Below, piece after piece: positions 37,671 through 52,600 of a DNA stretch of 64,000 nt. The notes beneath the pieces are model-generated. The model saw only the letters and a program-made list of their open reading frames with translations, ran no database searches and was not told the origin of the DNA. Both the position numbers and the translations under genes were made by a program. Origin of the DNA: the human T2T-CHM13v2.0 reference genome, Homo sapiens; assembly GCF_009914755.1 (NCBI RefSeq), contig NC_060939.1, one strand, 5' to 3'. Within the stretch, counting starts at the first letter, position 1, and every line of letters starts with the position of its first letter.

Positions 37671-40600
37671 TTTCCAAAATGCTGTATCCAAACAAAGGTT
37701 CAACTCTGTGAATTGAGGGCATACATCACAAAGAAGATTCTGAGAATGCTTCTGTCTAGATTTTATATGAAAATATTCCCGTTTCCAACGAAATCCTCAA
37801 AGCTATCCAAATATCCACTTGCAAATGCCACAAAAAGAGTGTTTCCAAACTGCTCTGTGAAAAGGAAGGTTCAACTCTGTTAGTTGAGTACACACATCAC
37901 AAAGAGGTTTCTGAGAATGCTGCTGACTAGTTTTTATTTGAAGATATTTCCCTTTTCACCTTAGGCCTAAGAGTGCTCGAAATGTCCATTTCCACATACT
38001 CCACAAAGTGTGTTTCAAACGTGCTGTATGAAAGGGAATGTTCAACTCTATGAGTTGAATGCAAACATCACAAAGAAGATTCTGAGAATGCTTTTGTCTA
38101 GATTTTATATGAAGATATTCCCGTGTCCAACGAAATTTTCAAAGGTCTCCAAATATCCATTTGTAGATTCTACAAAAAGAGTGTTTCCAAACTGCTGTAT
38201 CAAAACAAAGGTTGAACTCTGTGAGTTGAGGACACACATCACAAATAAGTTTCTGAGAATGCTTCTGTCTAGTTTTTATTTGAAGATGTTTCCTTTTTCA
38301 CCATAGGCCTGAAAGCGCTCGAAATGTCCACTTCCAGATAGTACAGAAAGAGTGTTTCAAACCTGCTCTATGAACGGGAATGTTCAGCTCTGTGAGTTGA
38401 ATGCAATCATCACAAAGCAGGTTCTGAGAATGCTTCCGTCTAGATTTTAAATGAGGATATTCCCGTTTCCAACGAAATCCTCGAAGCTATCCAAATATCC
38501 ACTTGCAGATTCCACAAAAAGAGTGTTTCAAAACTGCTCTGTCAAAAGATAGGTTCAACTCTGTTAGTTGAGTACACACATGGCAAACAAGATTCCGAGA
38601 ATGCTTTCGTCTAGTTTTTTTGGGAAGATATTTCCTTCTTCACCATAGGCCTCAAAGCGCTCCAAATATCCATTTCCACATGCTATACAAAGAGTGTCTC
38701 AAACCTGCTGTATGAATGGGAATGTTCAACTCTATGAGTTGAATGCAAACATCACAAAGAAGTTTCTGAGAATGCTGCTGTCTAGATTTTATATGAAGGT
38801 TTTCCCGCTTCCAACGAAATTTTCAATGCTCTCAAAATATCCTCTTGTAGATTCTACAAAAAGAGTGTTTCCAAACTGCTGTATCAAAACAAAGGTTCAT
38901 CTCTGTTAGTTGAGGACACACATCACAAATAAGTTTCTGAGAATGCTTCTGTCTAGTTCTTATTTGAAGACATTTCCTTTCTCACCTTAGGCCTGAAAGC
39001 GCTCGAAATACCCACTTCCAGATACTACAGAAACAGTGATTCAAACCTGCTCTATGAAAGGGAATGTTCAACTATGTGACTTGAATGCAAACATCACAAA
39101 GCAGTTTCTGAGAATGCTGCTGTCTACTTTCTATTTGTAATCCCGTTTCCAACGAAATCCTCAGAACTATCGAAATTTCCAATTGCAGATTCCACAGAAA
39201 CAGGGTTTCAAAGCTGCTCTGTAAAAAGAAAGGTTCAACTCTGTTAGTTGAATACACACGTCACAAACAAGTTTCTGAGAATGCTTCTGTCTAGTTTTTA
39301 TGGGAAGATATTTCCTTTTTCACCGTAGGCCTCAAAGCGCTCCAAATGTCCACGTCCACATACTACAAAAAGAGTGTTTCAAACCTGCTGTATGAAAGGG
39401 AATGTTCAACTCTATGAGTTGAATGCAAACATTACAAAGAAGTTTCTGAGAATGCTTCTGTCTAGATTTTATATGAAGGTTTTCCCGTTTCCAACGAAAT
39501 TTTCAATGCTCTCAAAATATCCACTTGTAGATTCTACAAAAAGAGTGTTTCCAAACTGCTGTGTCAAAAGAAAGGTTCAACTCTGTTAGTTGAGGACACA
39601 CATCACAAATAAGTTTCTGAGAATGCTTCTGTCTAGTTCTTATTTGAAGACATTTCCTTTCTCACCTTAGGCCTGAAAACGCTCGAAATATCCACTTCCA
39701 GATACGACAGAAACAGTGATTCAAACCTGCTCTATGAAAGGGAATGTTCAACTCGGTGACTTGAATGCAAACATCACAAAGCAGTTTCTGAGAATGCTGC
39801 TGTCTACTTTCTATTTGTAATCCCGTTTCCAACGAAATCCTCAGAACCATCGAAATTTCCAATTGCAGATTCCACAGAAACAGGGTTTCAAAGCTGCTCT
39901 GTTAAAAGAAAGGTTCAACTCTGTTAGTTGAATACACACGTCACAAACAAGTTTCTGAGAATGCTTCTGTCTAGTTTTTATGGGAAGATATTTCCTTTTT
40001 CACGGTAGGCCTCAAAGCGCTCCAAATGTCCACTTCCACATACTACAAAAAGAGTGTTTCAAACCTGCTCTATGATAGGGAATGTTGAAACCTATGAGTT
40101 GAATGCAAGCATTACAAAGAGGTTTCTGAGAATGCTTCTGTCTAGATTTTATATGTAGATATTCCCGTTTCCAACGAAATCCTCAAAGCTATCCAAATAT
40201 CAACTTGCAGATTCTGCAAAAGGAATGTTTCCAAAATGCTGTATCCAAACAAAGGTTCAACTCTGTGAATTGAGGGCATACATCACAAAGAAGATTCTGA
40301 GAATGCTTCTGTCTAGATTTTATATGAAAATATTCCCGTTTCCAACGAAATCCTCAAAGCTATCCAAATATCCACTTGCAAATGCCACAAAAAGAGTGTT
40401 TCCAAACTGCTCTGTGAAAAGGAAGGTTCAACTCTGTTAGTTGAGTACACACATCACAAAGAGGTTTCTGAGAATGCTGCTGACTAGTTTTTATTTGAAG
40501 ATATTTCCCTTTTCACCTTAGGCCTAAGAGTGCTCGAAATGTCCATTTCCACATACTCCACAAAGTGTGTTTCAAACGTGCTGTATGAAAGGGAATGTTC

Positions 40601-43600
40601 AACTCTATGAGTTGAATGCAAACATCACAAAGAAGATTCTGAGAATGCTTTTGTCTAGATTTTATATGAAGATATTCCCGTGTCCAACGAAATTTTCAAA
40701 GGTCTCCAAATATCCATTTGTAGATTCTACAAAAAGAGTGTTTCCAAACTGCTGTATCAAAACAAAGGTTGAACTCTGTGAGTTGAGGACACACATCACA
40801 AATAAGTTTCTGAGAATGCTTCTGTCTAGTTTTTATTTGAAGATGTTTCCTTTTTCACCATAGGCCTGAAAGCGCTCGAAATGTCCACTTCCAGATAGTA
40901 CAGAAAGAGTGTTTCAAACCTGCTCTATGAACGGGAATGTTCAGCTCTGTGAGTTGAATGCAATCATCACAAAGCAGGTTCTGAGAATGCTTCCGTCTAG
41001 ATTTTAAATGAGGATATTCCCGTTTCCAACGAAATCCTCGAAGCTATCCAAATATCCACTTGCAGATTCCACAAAAAGAGTGTTTCAAAACTGCTCTGTC
41101 AAAAGATAGGTTCAACTCTGTTAGTTGAGTACACACATGGCAAACAAGATTCCGAGAATGCTTTCGTCTAGTTTTTTTGGGAAGATATTTCCTTCTTCAC
41201 CATAGGCCTCAAAGCGCTCCAAATATCCATTTCCACATGCTATACAAAGAGTGTCTCAAACCTGCTGTATGAATGGGAATGTTCAACTCTATGAGTTGAA
41301 TGCAAACATCACAAAGAAGTTTCTGAGAATGCTGCTGTCTAGATTTTATATGAAGGTTTTCCCGCTTCCAACGAAATTTTCAATGCTCTCAAAATATCCT
41401 CTTGTAGATTCTACAAAAAGAGTGTTTCCAAACTGCTGTATCAAAACAAAGGTTCATCTCTGTTAGTTGAGGACACACATCACAAATAAGTTTCTGAGAA
41501 TGCTTCTGTCTAGTTCTTATTTGAAGACATTTCCTTTCTCACCTTAGGCCTGAAAGCGCTCGAAATACCCACTTCCAGATACTACAGAAACAGTGATTCA
41601 AACCTGCTCTATGAAAGGGAATGTTCAACTAGGTGACTTGAATGCAAACATCACAAAGCAGTTTCTGAGAATGCTGCTGTCTACTTTCTATTTGTAATCC
41701 CGTTTCCAACGAAATCCTCAGAACTATCGAAATTTCCAATTGCAGATTCCACAGAAACAGGGTTTCAAAGCTGCTCTGTAAAAAGAAAGGTTCAACTCTG
41801 TTAGTTGAATACACACGTCACAAACAAGTTTCTGAGAATGCTTCTGTCTAGTTTTTATGGGAAGATATTTCCTTTTTCACCGTAGGCCTCAAAGCGCTCC
41901 AAATGTCCACGTCCACATACTACAAAAAGAGTGTTTCAAACCTGCTGTATGAAAGGGAATGTTCAACTCTATGAGTTGAATGCAAACATTACAAAGAAGT
42001 TTCTGAGAATGCTTCTGTCTAGATTTTATATGAAGGTTTTCCCGTTTCCAACGAAATTTTCAATGCTCTCAAAATATCCACTTGTAGATTCTACAAAAAG
42101 AGTGTTTCCAAACTGCTGTGTCAAAAGAAAGGTTCAACTCTGTTAGTTGAGGACACACATCACAAATAAGTTTCTGAGAATGCTTCTGTCTAGTTCTTAT
42201 TTGAAGACATTTCCTTTCTCACCTTAGGCCTGAAAACGCTCGAAATATCCACTTCCAGATACGACAGAAACAGTGATTCAAACCTGCTCTATGAAAGGGA
42301 ATGTTCAACTAGGTGACTTGAATGCAAACATCACAAAGCAGTTTCTGAGAATGCTGCTGTCTACTTTCTATTTGTAATCCCGTTTCCAACGAAATCCTCA
42401 GAACTATCGAAATTTCCAATTGCAGATTCCACAAAAAGCGTGTTTCAAAGCTGCTCTGTAAAAAGAAAGGTTCAACTCTGTTAGTTGAATACACACGTCA
42501 CAAACAAGTTTCTGAGAATGCTTCTGTCTAGTTTTTATGGGAAGATATTTCCTTTTTCACCGTAGGCCTCAAAGCGCTCCAAATGTCCACTTCCACATAC
42601 TACAAAAAGAGTGTTTCAAACCTGCTCTATGATAGGGAATGTTGAAACCTATGAGTTGAATGCAAGCATTACAAAGAGGTTTCTGAGAATGCTTCTGTCT
42701 AGATTTTATATGTAGATATTCCCGTTTCCAACGAAATCCTCAAAGCTATCCAAATATCAACTTGCAGATTCTACAAAAGGAATGTTTCCAAAATGCTGTA
42801 TCCAAACAAAGGTTCAACTCTGTGAATTGAGGGCATACATCACAAAGAAGATTCTGAGAATGCTTCTGTCTAGATTTTATATGAAAATATTCCCGTTTCC
42901 AACGAAATCCTCAAAGCTATCCAAATATCCACTTGCAAATGCCACAAAAAGAGTGTTTCCAAACTGCTCTGTGAAAAGGAAGGTTCAACTCTGTTAGTTG
43001 AGTACACACATCACAAAGAGGTTTCTGAGAATGCTGCTGACTAGTTTTTATTTGAAGATATTTCCCTTTTCACCTTAGGCCTAAGAGTGCTCGAAATGTC
43101 CATTTCCACATACTCCACAAAGTGTGTTTCAAACGTGCTGTATGAAAGGGAATGTTCAACTCTATGAGTTGAATGCAAACATCACAAAGAAGATTCTGAG
43201 AATGCTTTTGTCTAGATTTTATATGAAGATATTCCCGTGTCCAACGAAATTTTCAAAGGTCTCCAAATATCCATTTGTAGATTCTACAAAAAGAGTGTTT
43301 CCAAACTGCTGTATCAAAACAAAGGTTGAACTCTGTGAGTTGAGGACACACATCACAAATAAGTTTCTGAGAATGCTTCTGTCTAGTTTTTATTTGAAGA
43401 TGTTTCCTTTTTCACCATAGGCCTGAAAGCGCTCGAAATGTCCACTTCCAGATAGTACAGAAAGAGTGTTTCAAACCTGCTCTATGAACGGGAATGTTCA
43501 GCTCTGTGAGTTGAATGCAAACATCACAAAGCAGGTTCTGAGAATGCTTCCGTCTAGATTTTAAATGAGGATATTCCCGTTTCCAACGAAATCCTCGAAG

Positions 43601-46600
43601 CTATCCAAATATCCACTTGCAGATTCCACAAAAAGAGTGTTTCAAAACTGCTCTGTCAAAAGATAGGTTCAACTCTGTTAGTTGAGTACACACATGGCAA
43701 ACAAGATTCCGAGAATGCTTTCGTCTAGTTTTTTTGGGAAGATATTTCCTTCTTCACCATAGGCCTCAAAGCGCTCCAAATATCCATTTCCACATGCTAT
43801 ACAAAGAGTGTCTCAAACCTGCTGTATGAATGGGAATGTTCAACTCTATGAGTTGAATGCAAACATCACAAAGAAGTTTCTGAGAATGCTGCTGTCTAGA
43901 TTTTATATGAAGGTTTTCCCGCTTCCAACGAAATTTTCAATGCTCTCAAAATATCCTCTTGTAGATTCTACAAAAAGAGTGTTTCCAAACTGCTGTATCA
44001 AAACAAAGGTTCATCTCTGTTAGTTGAGGACACACATCACAAATAAGTTTCTGAGAATGCTTCTGTCTAGTTCTTATTTGAAGACATTTCCTTTCTCACC
44101 TTAGGCCTGAAAGCGCTCGAAATACCCACTTCCAGATACTACAGAAACAGTGATTCAAACCTGCTCTATGAAAGGGAATGTTCAACTAGGTGACTTGAAT
44201 GCAAACATCACAAAGCAGTTTCTGAGAATGCTGCTGTCTACTTTCTATTTGTAATCCCGTTTCCAACGAAATCCTCAGAACTATCGAAATTTCCAATTGC
44301 AGATTCCACAGAAACAGGGTTTCAAAGCTGCTCTGTAAAAAGAAAGGTTCAACTCTGTTAGTTGAATACACACGTCACAAACAAGTTTCTGAGAATGCTT
44401 CTGTCTAGTTTTTATGGGAAGATATTTCCTTTTTCACCGTAGGCCTCAAAGCGCTCCAAATGTCCACGTCCACATACTACAAAAAGAGTGTTTCAAACCT
44501 GCTGTATGAAAGGGAATGTTCAACTCTATGAGTTGAATGCAAACATTACAAAGAAGTTTCTGAGAATGCTTCTGTCTAGATTTTATATGAAGGTTTTCCC
44601 GTTTCCAACGAAATTTTCAATGCTCTCAAAATATCCACTTGTAGATTCTACAAAAAGAGTGTTTCCAAACTGCTGTGTCAAAAGAAAGGTTCAACTCTGT
44701 TAGTTGAGGACACACATCACAAATAAGTTTCTGAGAATGCTTCTGTCTAGTTCTTATTTGAAGACATTTCCTTTCTCACCTTAGGCCTGAAAACGCTCGA
44801 AATATCCACTTCCAGATACGACAGAAACAGTGATTCAAACCTGCTCTATGAAAGGGAATGTTCAACTAGGTGACTTGAATGCAAACATCACAAAGCAGTT
44901 TCTGAGAATGCTGCTGTCTACTTTCTATTTGTAATCCCGTTTCCAACGAAATCCTCAGAACTATCGAAATTTCCAATTGCAGATTCCACAAAAAGCGTGT
45001 TTCAAAGCTGCTCTGTAAAAAGAAAGGTTCAACTCTGTTAGTTGAATACACACGTCACAAACAAGTTTCTGAGAATGCTTCTGTCTAGTTTTTATGGGAA
45101 GATATTTCCTTTTTCACCGTAGGCCTCAAAGCGCTCCAAATGTCCACTTCCACATACTACAAAAAGAGTGTTTCAAACCTGCTCTATGATAGGGAATGTT
45201 GAAACCTATGAGTTGAATGCAAGCATTACAAAGAGGTTTCTGAGAATGCTTCTGTCTAGATTTTATATGTAGATATTCCCGTTTCCAACGAAATCCTCAA
45301 AGCTATCCAAATATCAACTTGCAGATTCTACAAAAGGAATGTTTCCAAAATGCTGTATCCAAACAAAGGTTCAACTCTGTGAATTGAGGGCATACATCAC
45401 AAAGAAGATTCTGAGAATGCTTCTGTCTAGATTTTATATGAAAATATTCCCGTTTCCAACGAAATCCTCAAAGCTATCCAAATATCCACTTGCAAATGCC
45501 ACAAAAAGAGTGTTTCCAAACTGCTCTGTGAAAAGGAAGGTTCAACTCTGTTAGTTGAGTACACACATCACAAAGAGGTTTCTGAGAATGCTGCTGACTA
45601 GTTTTTATTTGAAGATATTTCCCTTTTCACCTTAGGCCTAAGAGTGCTCGAAATGTCCATTTCCACATACTCCACAAAGTGTGTTTCAAACGTGCTGTAT
45701 GAAAGGGAATGTTCAACTCTATGAGTTGAATGCAAACATCACAAAGAAGATTCTGAGAATGCTTTTGTCTAGATTTTATATGAAGATATTCCCGTGTCCA
45801 ACGAAATTTTCAAAGGTCTCCAAATATCCATTTGTAGATTCTACAAAAAGAGTGTTTCCAAACTGCTGTATCAAAACAAAGGTTGAACTCTGTGAGTTGA
45901 GGACACACATCACAAATAAGTTTCTGAGAATGCTTCTGTCTAGTTTTTATTTGAAGATGTTTCCTTTTTCACCATAGGCCTGAAAGCGCTCGAAATGTCC
46001 ACTTCCAGATAGTACAGAAAGAGTGTTTCAAACCTGCTCTATGAACGGGAATGTTCAGCTCTGTGAGTTGAATGCAAACATCACAAAGCAGGTTCTGAGA
46101 ATGCTTCCGTCTAGATTTTAAATGAGGATATTCCCGTTTCCAACGAAATCCTCGAAGCTATCCAAATATCCACTTGCAGATTCCACAAAAAGAGTGTTTC
46201 AAAACTGCTCTGTCAAAAGATAGGTTCAACTCTGTTAGTTGAGTACACACATGGCAAACAAGATTCCGAGAATGCTTTCGTCTAGTTTTTTTGGGAAGAT
46301 ATTTCCTTCTTCACCATAGGCCTCAAAGCGCTCCAAATATCCATTTCCACATGCTATACAAAGAGTGTCTCAAACCTGCTGTATGAATGGGAATGTTCAA
46401 CTCTATGAGTTGAATGCAAACATCACAAAGAAGTTTCTGAGAATGCTGCTGTCTAGATTTTATATGAAGGTTTTCCCGCTTCCAACGAAATTTTCAATGC
46501 TCTCAAAATATCCTCTTGTAGATTCTACAAAAAGAGTGTTTCCAAACTGCTGTATCAAAACAAAGGTTCATCTCTGTTAGTTGAGGACACACATCACAAA

Positions 46601-49600
46601 TAAGTTTCTGAGAATGCTTCTGTCTAGTTCTTATTTGAAGACATTTCCTTTCTCACCTTAGGCCTGAAAGCGCTCGAAATACCCACTTCCAGATACTACA
46701 GAAACAGTGATTCAAACCTGCTCTATGAAAGGGAATGTTCAACTAGGTGACTTGAATGCAAACATCACAAAGCAGTTTCTGAGAATGCTGCTGTCTACTT
46801 TCTATTTGTAATCCCGTTTCCAACGAAATCCTCAGAACTATCGAAATTTCCAATTGCAGATTCCACAGAAACAGGGTTTCAAAGCTGCTCTGTAAAAAGA
46901 AAGGTTCAACTCTGTTAGTTGAATACACACGTCACAAACAAGTTTCTGAGAATGCTTCTGTCTAGTTTTTATGGGAAGATATTTCCTTTTTCACCGTAGG
47001 CCTCAAAGCGCTCCAAATGTCCACGTCCACATACTACAAAAAGAGTGTTTCAAACCTGCTGTATGAAAGGGAATGTTCAACTCTATGAGTTGAATGCAAA
47101 CATTACAAAGAAGTTTCTGAGAATGCTTCTGTCTAGATTTTATATGAAGGTTTTCCCGTTTCCAACGAAATTTTCAATGCTCTCAAAATATCCACTTGTA
47201 GATTCTACAAAAAGAGTGTTTCCAAACTGCTGTGTCAAAAGAAAGGTTCAACTCTGTTAGTTGAGGACACACATCACAAATAAGTTTCTGAGAATGCTTC
47301 TGTCTAGTTCTTATTTGAAGACATTTCCTTTCTCACCTTAGGCCTGAAAACGCTCGAAATATCCACTTCCAGATACGACAGAAACAGTGATTCAAGCCTG
47401 CTCTATGAAAGGGAATGTTCAACTAGGTGACTTGAATGCAAACATCACAAAGCAGTTTCTGAGAATGCTGCTGTCTACTTTCTATTTGTAATCCCGTTTC
47501 CAACGAAATCCTCAGAACTATCGAAATTTCCAATTGCAGATTCCACAAAAAGCGTGTTTCAAAGCTGCTCTGTAAAAAGAAAGGTTCAACTCTGTTAGTT
47601 GAATACACACGTCACAAACAAGTTTCTGAGAATGCTTCTGTCTAGTTTTTATGGGAAGATATTTCCTTTTTCACCGTAGGCCTCAAAGCGCTCCAAATGT
47701 CCACTTCCACATACTACAAAAAGAGTGTTTCAAACCTGCTCTATGATAGGGAATGTTGAAACCTATGAGTTGAATGCAAGCATTACAAAGAGGTTTCTGA
47801 GAATGCTTCTGTCTAGATTTTATATGTAGATATTCCCGTTTCCAACGAAATCCTCAAAGCTATCCAAATATCAACTTGCAGATTCTACAAAAGGAATGTT
47901 TCCAAAATGCTGTATCCAAACAAAGGTTCAACTCTGTGAATTGAGGGCATACATCACAAAGAAGATTCTGAGAATGCTTCTGTCTAGATTTTATATGAAA
48001 ATATTCCCGTTTCCAACGAAATCCTCAAAGCTATCCAAATATCCACTTGCAAATGCCACAAAAAGAGTGTTTCCAAACTGCTCTGTGAAAAGGAAGGTTC
48101 AACTCTGTTAGTTGAGTACACACATCACAAAGAGGTTTCTGAGAATGCTGCTGACTAGTTTTTATTTGAAGATATTTCCCTTTTCACCTTAGGCCTAAGA
48201 GTGCTCGAAATGTCCATTTCCACATACTCCACAAAGTGTGTTTCAAACGTGCTGTATGAAAGGGAATGTTCAACTCTATGAGTTGAATGCAAACATCACA
48301 AAGAAGACTCTGAGAATGCTTTTGTCTAGATTTTATATGAAGATATTCCCGTGTCCAACGAAATTTTCAAAGGTCTCCAAATACCCATTTGTAGATTCTA
48401 CAAAAAGAGTGTTTCCAAACTGCTGTATCAAAACAAAGGTTGAACTCTGTGAGTTGAGGACACACATCACAAATAAGTTTCTGAGAATGCTTCTGTCTAG
48501 TTTTTATTTGAAGATGTTTCCTTTTTCACCATAGGCCTGAAAGCGCTCGAAATGTCCACTTCCAGATAGTACAGAAAGAGTGTTTCAAACCTGCTCTATG
48601 AACGGGAATGTTCAGCTCTGTGAGTTGAATGCAAACATCACAAAGCAGGTTCCGAGAGTGCTTCCGTCTAGATTTTAAATGAGGATATTCCCGTTTCCAA
48701 CGAAATCCTCGAAGCTATCCAAATATCCACTTGCAGATTCCACAAAAAGAGTGTTTCAAAACTGCTCTGTCAAAAGATAGGTTCAACTCTGTTAGTTGAG
48801 TACACACATGGCAAACAAGATTGCGAGAATGCTTTCGTCTAGTTTTTTTGGGAAGATATTTCCTTCTTCACCATAGGCCTCAAAGCGCTCCAAATATCCA
48901 TTTCCACATGCTATACAAAGAGTGTCTCAAACCTGCTGTATGAATGGGAATGTTCAACTCTATGAGTTGAATGCAAACATCACAAAGAAGTTTCTGAGAA
49001 TGCTGCTGTCTAGATTTTATATGAAGGTTTTCCCGCTTCCAACGAAATTTTCAATGCTCTCAAAATATCCTCTTGTAGATTCTACAAAAAGAGTGTTTCC
49101 AAACTGCTGTATCAAAACAAAGGTTCATCTCTGTTAGTTGAGGACACACATCACAAATAAGTTTCTGAGAATGCTTCTGTCTAGTTCTTATTTGAAGACA
49201 TTTCCTTTCTCACCTTAGGCCTGAAAGCGCTCGAAATACCCACTTCCAGATACTACAGAAACAGTGATTCAAACCTGCTCTATGAAAGGGAATGTTCAAC
49301 TAGGTGACTTGAATGCAAACATCACAAAGCAGTTTCTGAGAATGCTGCTGTCTACTTTCTATTTGTAATCCCGTTTCCAACGAAATCCTCAGAACTATCG
49401 AAATTTCCAATTGCAGATTCCACAGAAACAGGGTTTCAAAGCTGCTCTGTAAAAAGAAAGGTTCAACTCTGTTAGTTGAATACACACGTCACAAACAAGT
49501 TTCTGAGAATGCTTCTGTCTAGTTTTTATGGGAAGATATTTCCTTTTTCACCGTAGGCCTCAAAGCGCTCCAAATGTCCACTTCCACATACTACAAAAAG

Positions 49601-52600
49601 AGTGTTTCAAACCTGCTGTATGAAAGGGAATGTTCAACTCTATGAGTTGAATGCAAACATTACAAAGAAGTTTCTGAGAATGCTTCTGTCTAGATTTTAT
49701 ATGAAGGTTTTCCCGTTTCCAACGAAATTTTCAATGCTCTCAAAATATCCACTTGTAGATTCTACAAAAAGAGTGTTTCCAAACTGCTGTGTCAAAAGAA
49801 AGGTTCAACTCTGTTAGTTGAGGACACACATCACAAATAAGTTTCTGAGAATGCTTCTGTCTAGTTCTTATTTGAAGACATTTCCTTTCTCACCTTAGGC
49901 CTGAAAACGCTCGAAATATCCACTTCCAGATACGACAGAAACAGTGATTCAAGCCTGCTCTATGAAAGGGAATGTTCAACTAGGTGACTTGAATGCAAAC
50001 ATCACAAAGCAGTTTCTGAGAATGCTGCTGTCTACTTTCTATTTGTAATCCCGTTTCCAACGAAATCCTCAGAACTATCGAAATTTCCAATTGCAGATTC
50101 CACAAAAAGCGTGTTTCAAAGCTGCTCTGTAAAAAGAAAGGTTCAACTCTGTTAGTTGAATACACACGTCACAAACAAGTTTCTGAGAATGCTTCTGTCT
50201 AGTTTTTATGGGAAGATATTTCCTTTTTCACCGTAGGCCTCAAAGCGCTCCAAATGTCCACTTCCACATACTACAAAAAGAGTGTTTCAAACCTGCTCTA
50301 TGATAGGGAATGTTGAAACCTATGAGTTGAATGCAAGCATTACAAAGAGGTTTCTGAGAATGCTTCTGTCTAGATTTTATATGTAGATATTCCCGTTTCC
50401 AACGAAATCCTCAAAGCTATCCAAATATCAACTTGCAGATTCTACAAAAGGAATGTTTCCAAAATGCTGTATCCAAACAAAGGTTCAACTCTGTGAATTG
50501 AGGGCATACATCACAAAGAAGATTCTGAGAATGCTTCTGTCTAGATTTTATATGAAAATATTCCCGTTTCCAACGAAATCCTCAAAGCTATCCAAATATC
50601 CACTTGCAAATGCCACAAAAAGAGTGTTTCCAAACTGCTCTGTGAAAAGGAAGGTTCAACTCTGTTAGTTGAGTACACACATCACAAAGAGGTTTCTGAG
50701 AATGCTGCTGACTAGTTTTTATTTGAAGATATTTCCCTTTTCACCTTAGGCCTAAGAGTGCTCGAAATGTCCATTTCCACATACTCCACAAAGTGTGTTT
50801 CAAACGTGCTGTATGAAAGGGAATGTTCAACTCTATGAGTTGAATGCAAACATCACAAAGAAGATTCTGAGAATGCTTTTGTCTAGATTTTATATGAAGA
50901 TATTCCCGTGTCCAACGAAATTTTCAAAGGTCTCCAAATATCCATTTGTAGATTCTACAAAAAGAGTGTTTCCAAACTGCTGTATCAAAACAAAGGTTGA
51001 ACTCTGTGAGTTGAGGACACACATCACAAATAAGTTTCTGAGAATGCTTCTGTCTAGTTTTTATTTGAAGATGTTTCCTTTTTCACCATAGGCCTGAAAG
51101 CGCTCGAAATGTCCACTTCCAGATAGTACAGAAAGAGTGTTTCAAACCTGCTCTATGAACGGGAATGTTCAGCTCTGTGAGTTGAATGCAAACATCACAA
51201 AGCAGGTTCCGAGAGTGCTTCCGTCTAGATTTTAAATGAGGATATTCCCGTTTCCAACGAAATCCTCGAAGCTATCCAAATATCCACTTGCAGATTCCAC
51301 AAAAAGAGTGTTTCAAAACTGCTCTGTCAAAAGATAGGTTCAACTCTGTTAGTTGAGTACACACATGGCAAACAAGATTGCGAGAATGCTTTCGTCTAGT
51401 TTTTTTGGGAAGATATTTCCTTCTTCACCATAGGCCTCAAAACGCTCCAAATATCCATTTCCACATGCTATACAAAGAGTGTCTCAAACCTGCTGTATGA
51501 ATGGGAATGTTCAACTCTATGAGTTGAATGCAAACATCACAAAGAAGTTTCTGAGAATGCTGCTGTCTAGATTTTATATGAAGGTTTTCCCGCTTCCAAC
51601 GAAATTTTCAATGCTCTCAAAATATCCTCTTGTAGATTCTACAAAAAGAGTGTTTCCAAACTGCTGTATCAAAACAAAGGTTCATCTCTGTTAGTTGAGG
51701 ACACACATCACAAATAAGTTTCTGAGAATGCTTCTGTCTAGTTCTTATTTGAAGACATTTCCTTTCTCACCTTAGGCCTGAAAGCGCTCGAAATACCCAC
51801 TTCCAGATACTACAGAAACAGTGATTCAAACCTGCTCTATGAAAGGGAATGTTCAACTAGGTGACTTGAATGCAAACATCACAAAGCAGTTTCTGAGAAT
51901 GCTGCTGTCTACTTTCTATTTGTAATCCCGTTTCCAACGAAATCCTCAGAACTATCGAAATTTCCAATTGCAGATTCCACAGAAACAGGGTTTCAAAGCT
52001 GCTCTGTAAAAAGAAAGGTTCAACTCTGTTAGTTGAATACACACGTCACAAACAAGTTTCTGAGAATGCTTCTGTCTAGTTTTTATGGGAAGATATTTCC
52101 TTTTTCACCGTAGGCCTCAAAGCGCTCCAAATGTCCACTTCCACATACTACAAAAAGAGTGTTTCAAACCTGCTGTATGAAAGGGAATGTTCAACTCTAT
52201 GAGTTGAATGCAAACATTACAAAGAAGTTTCTGAGAATGCTTCTGTCTAGATTTTATATGAAGGTTTTCCCGTTTCCAACGAAATTTTCAATGCTCTCAA
52301 AATATCCACTTGTAGATTCTACAAAAAGAGTGTTTCCAAACTGCTGTGTCAAAAGAAAGGTTCAACTCTGTTAGTTGAGGACACACATCACAAATAAGTT
52401 TCTGAGAATGCTTCTGTCTAGTTCTTATTTGAAGACATTTCCTTTCTCACCTTAGGCCTGAAAACGCTCGAAATATCCACTTCCAGATACGACAGAAACA
52501 GTGATTCAAACCTGCTCTATGAAAGGGAATGTTCAACTCGGTGACTTGAATGCAAACATCACAAAGCAGTTTCTGAGAATGCTGCTGTCTACTTTCTATT

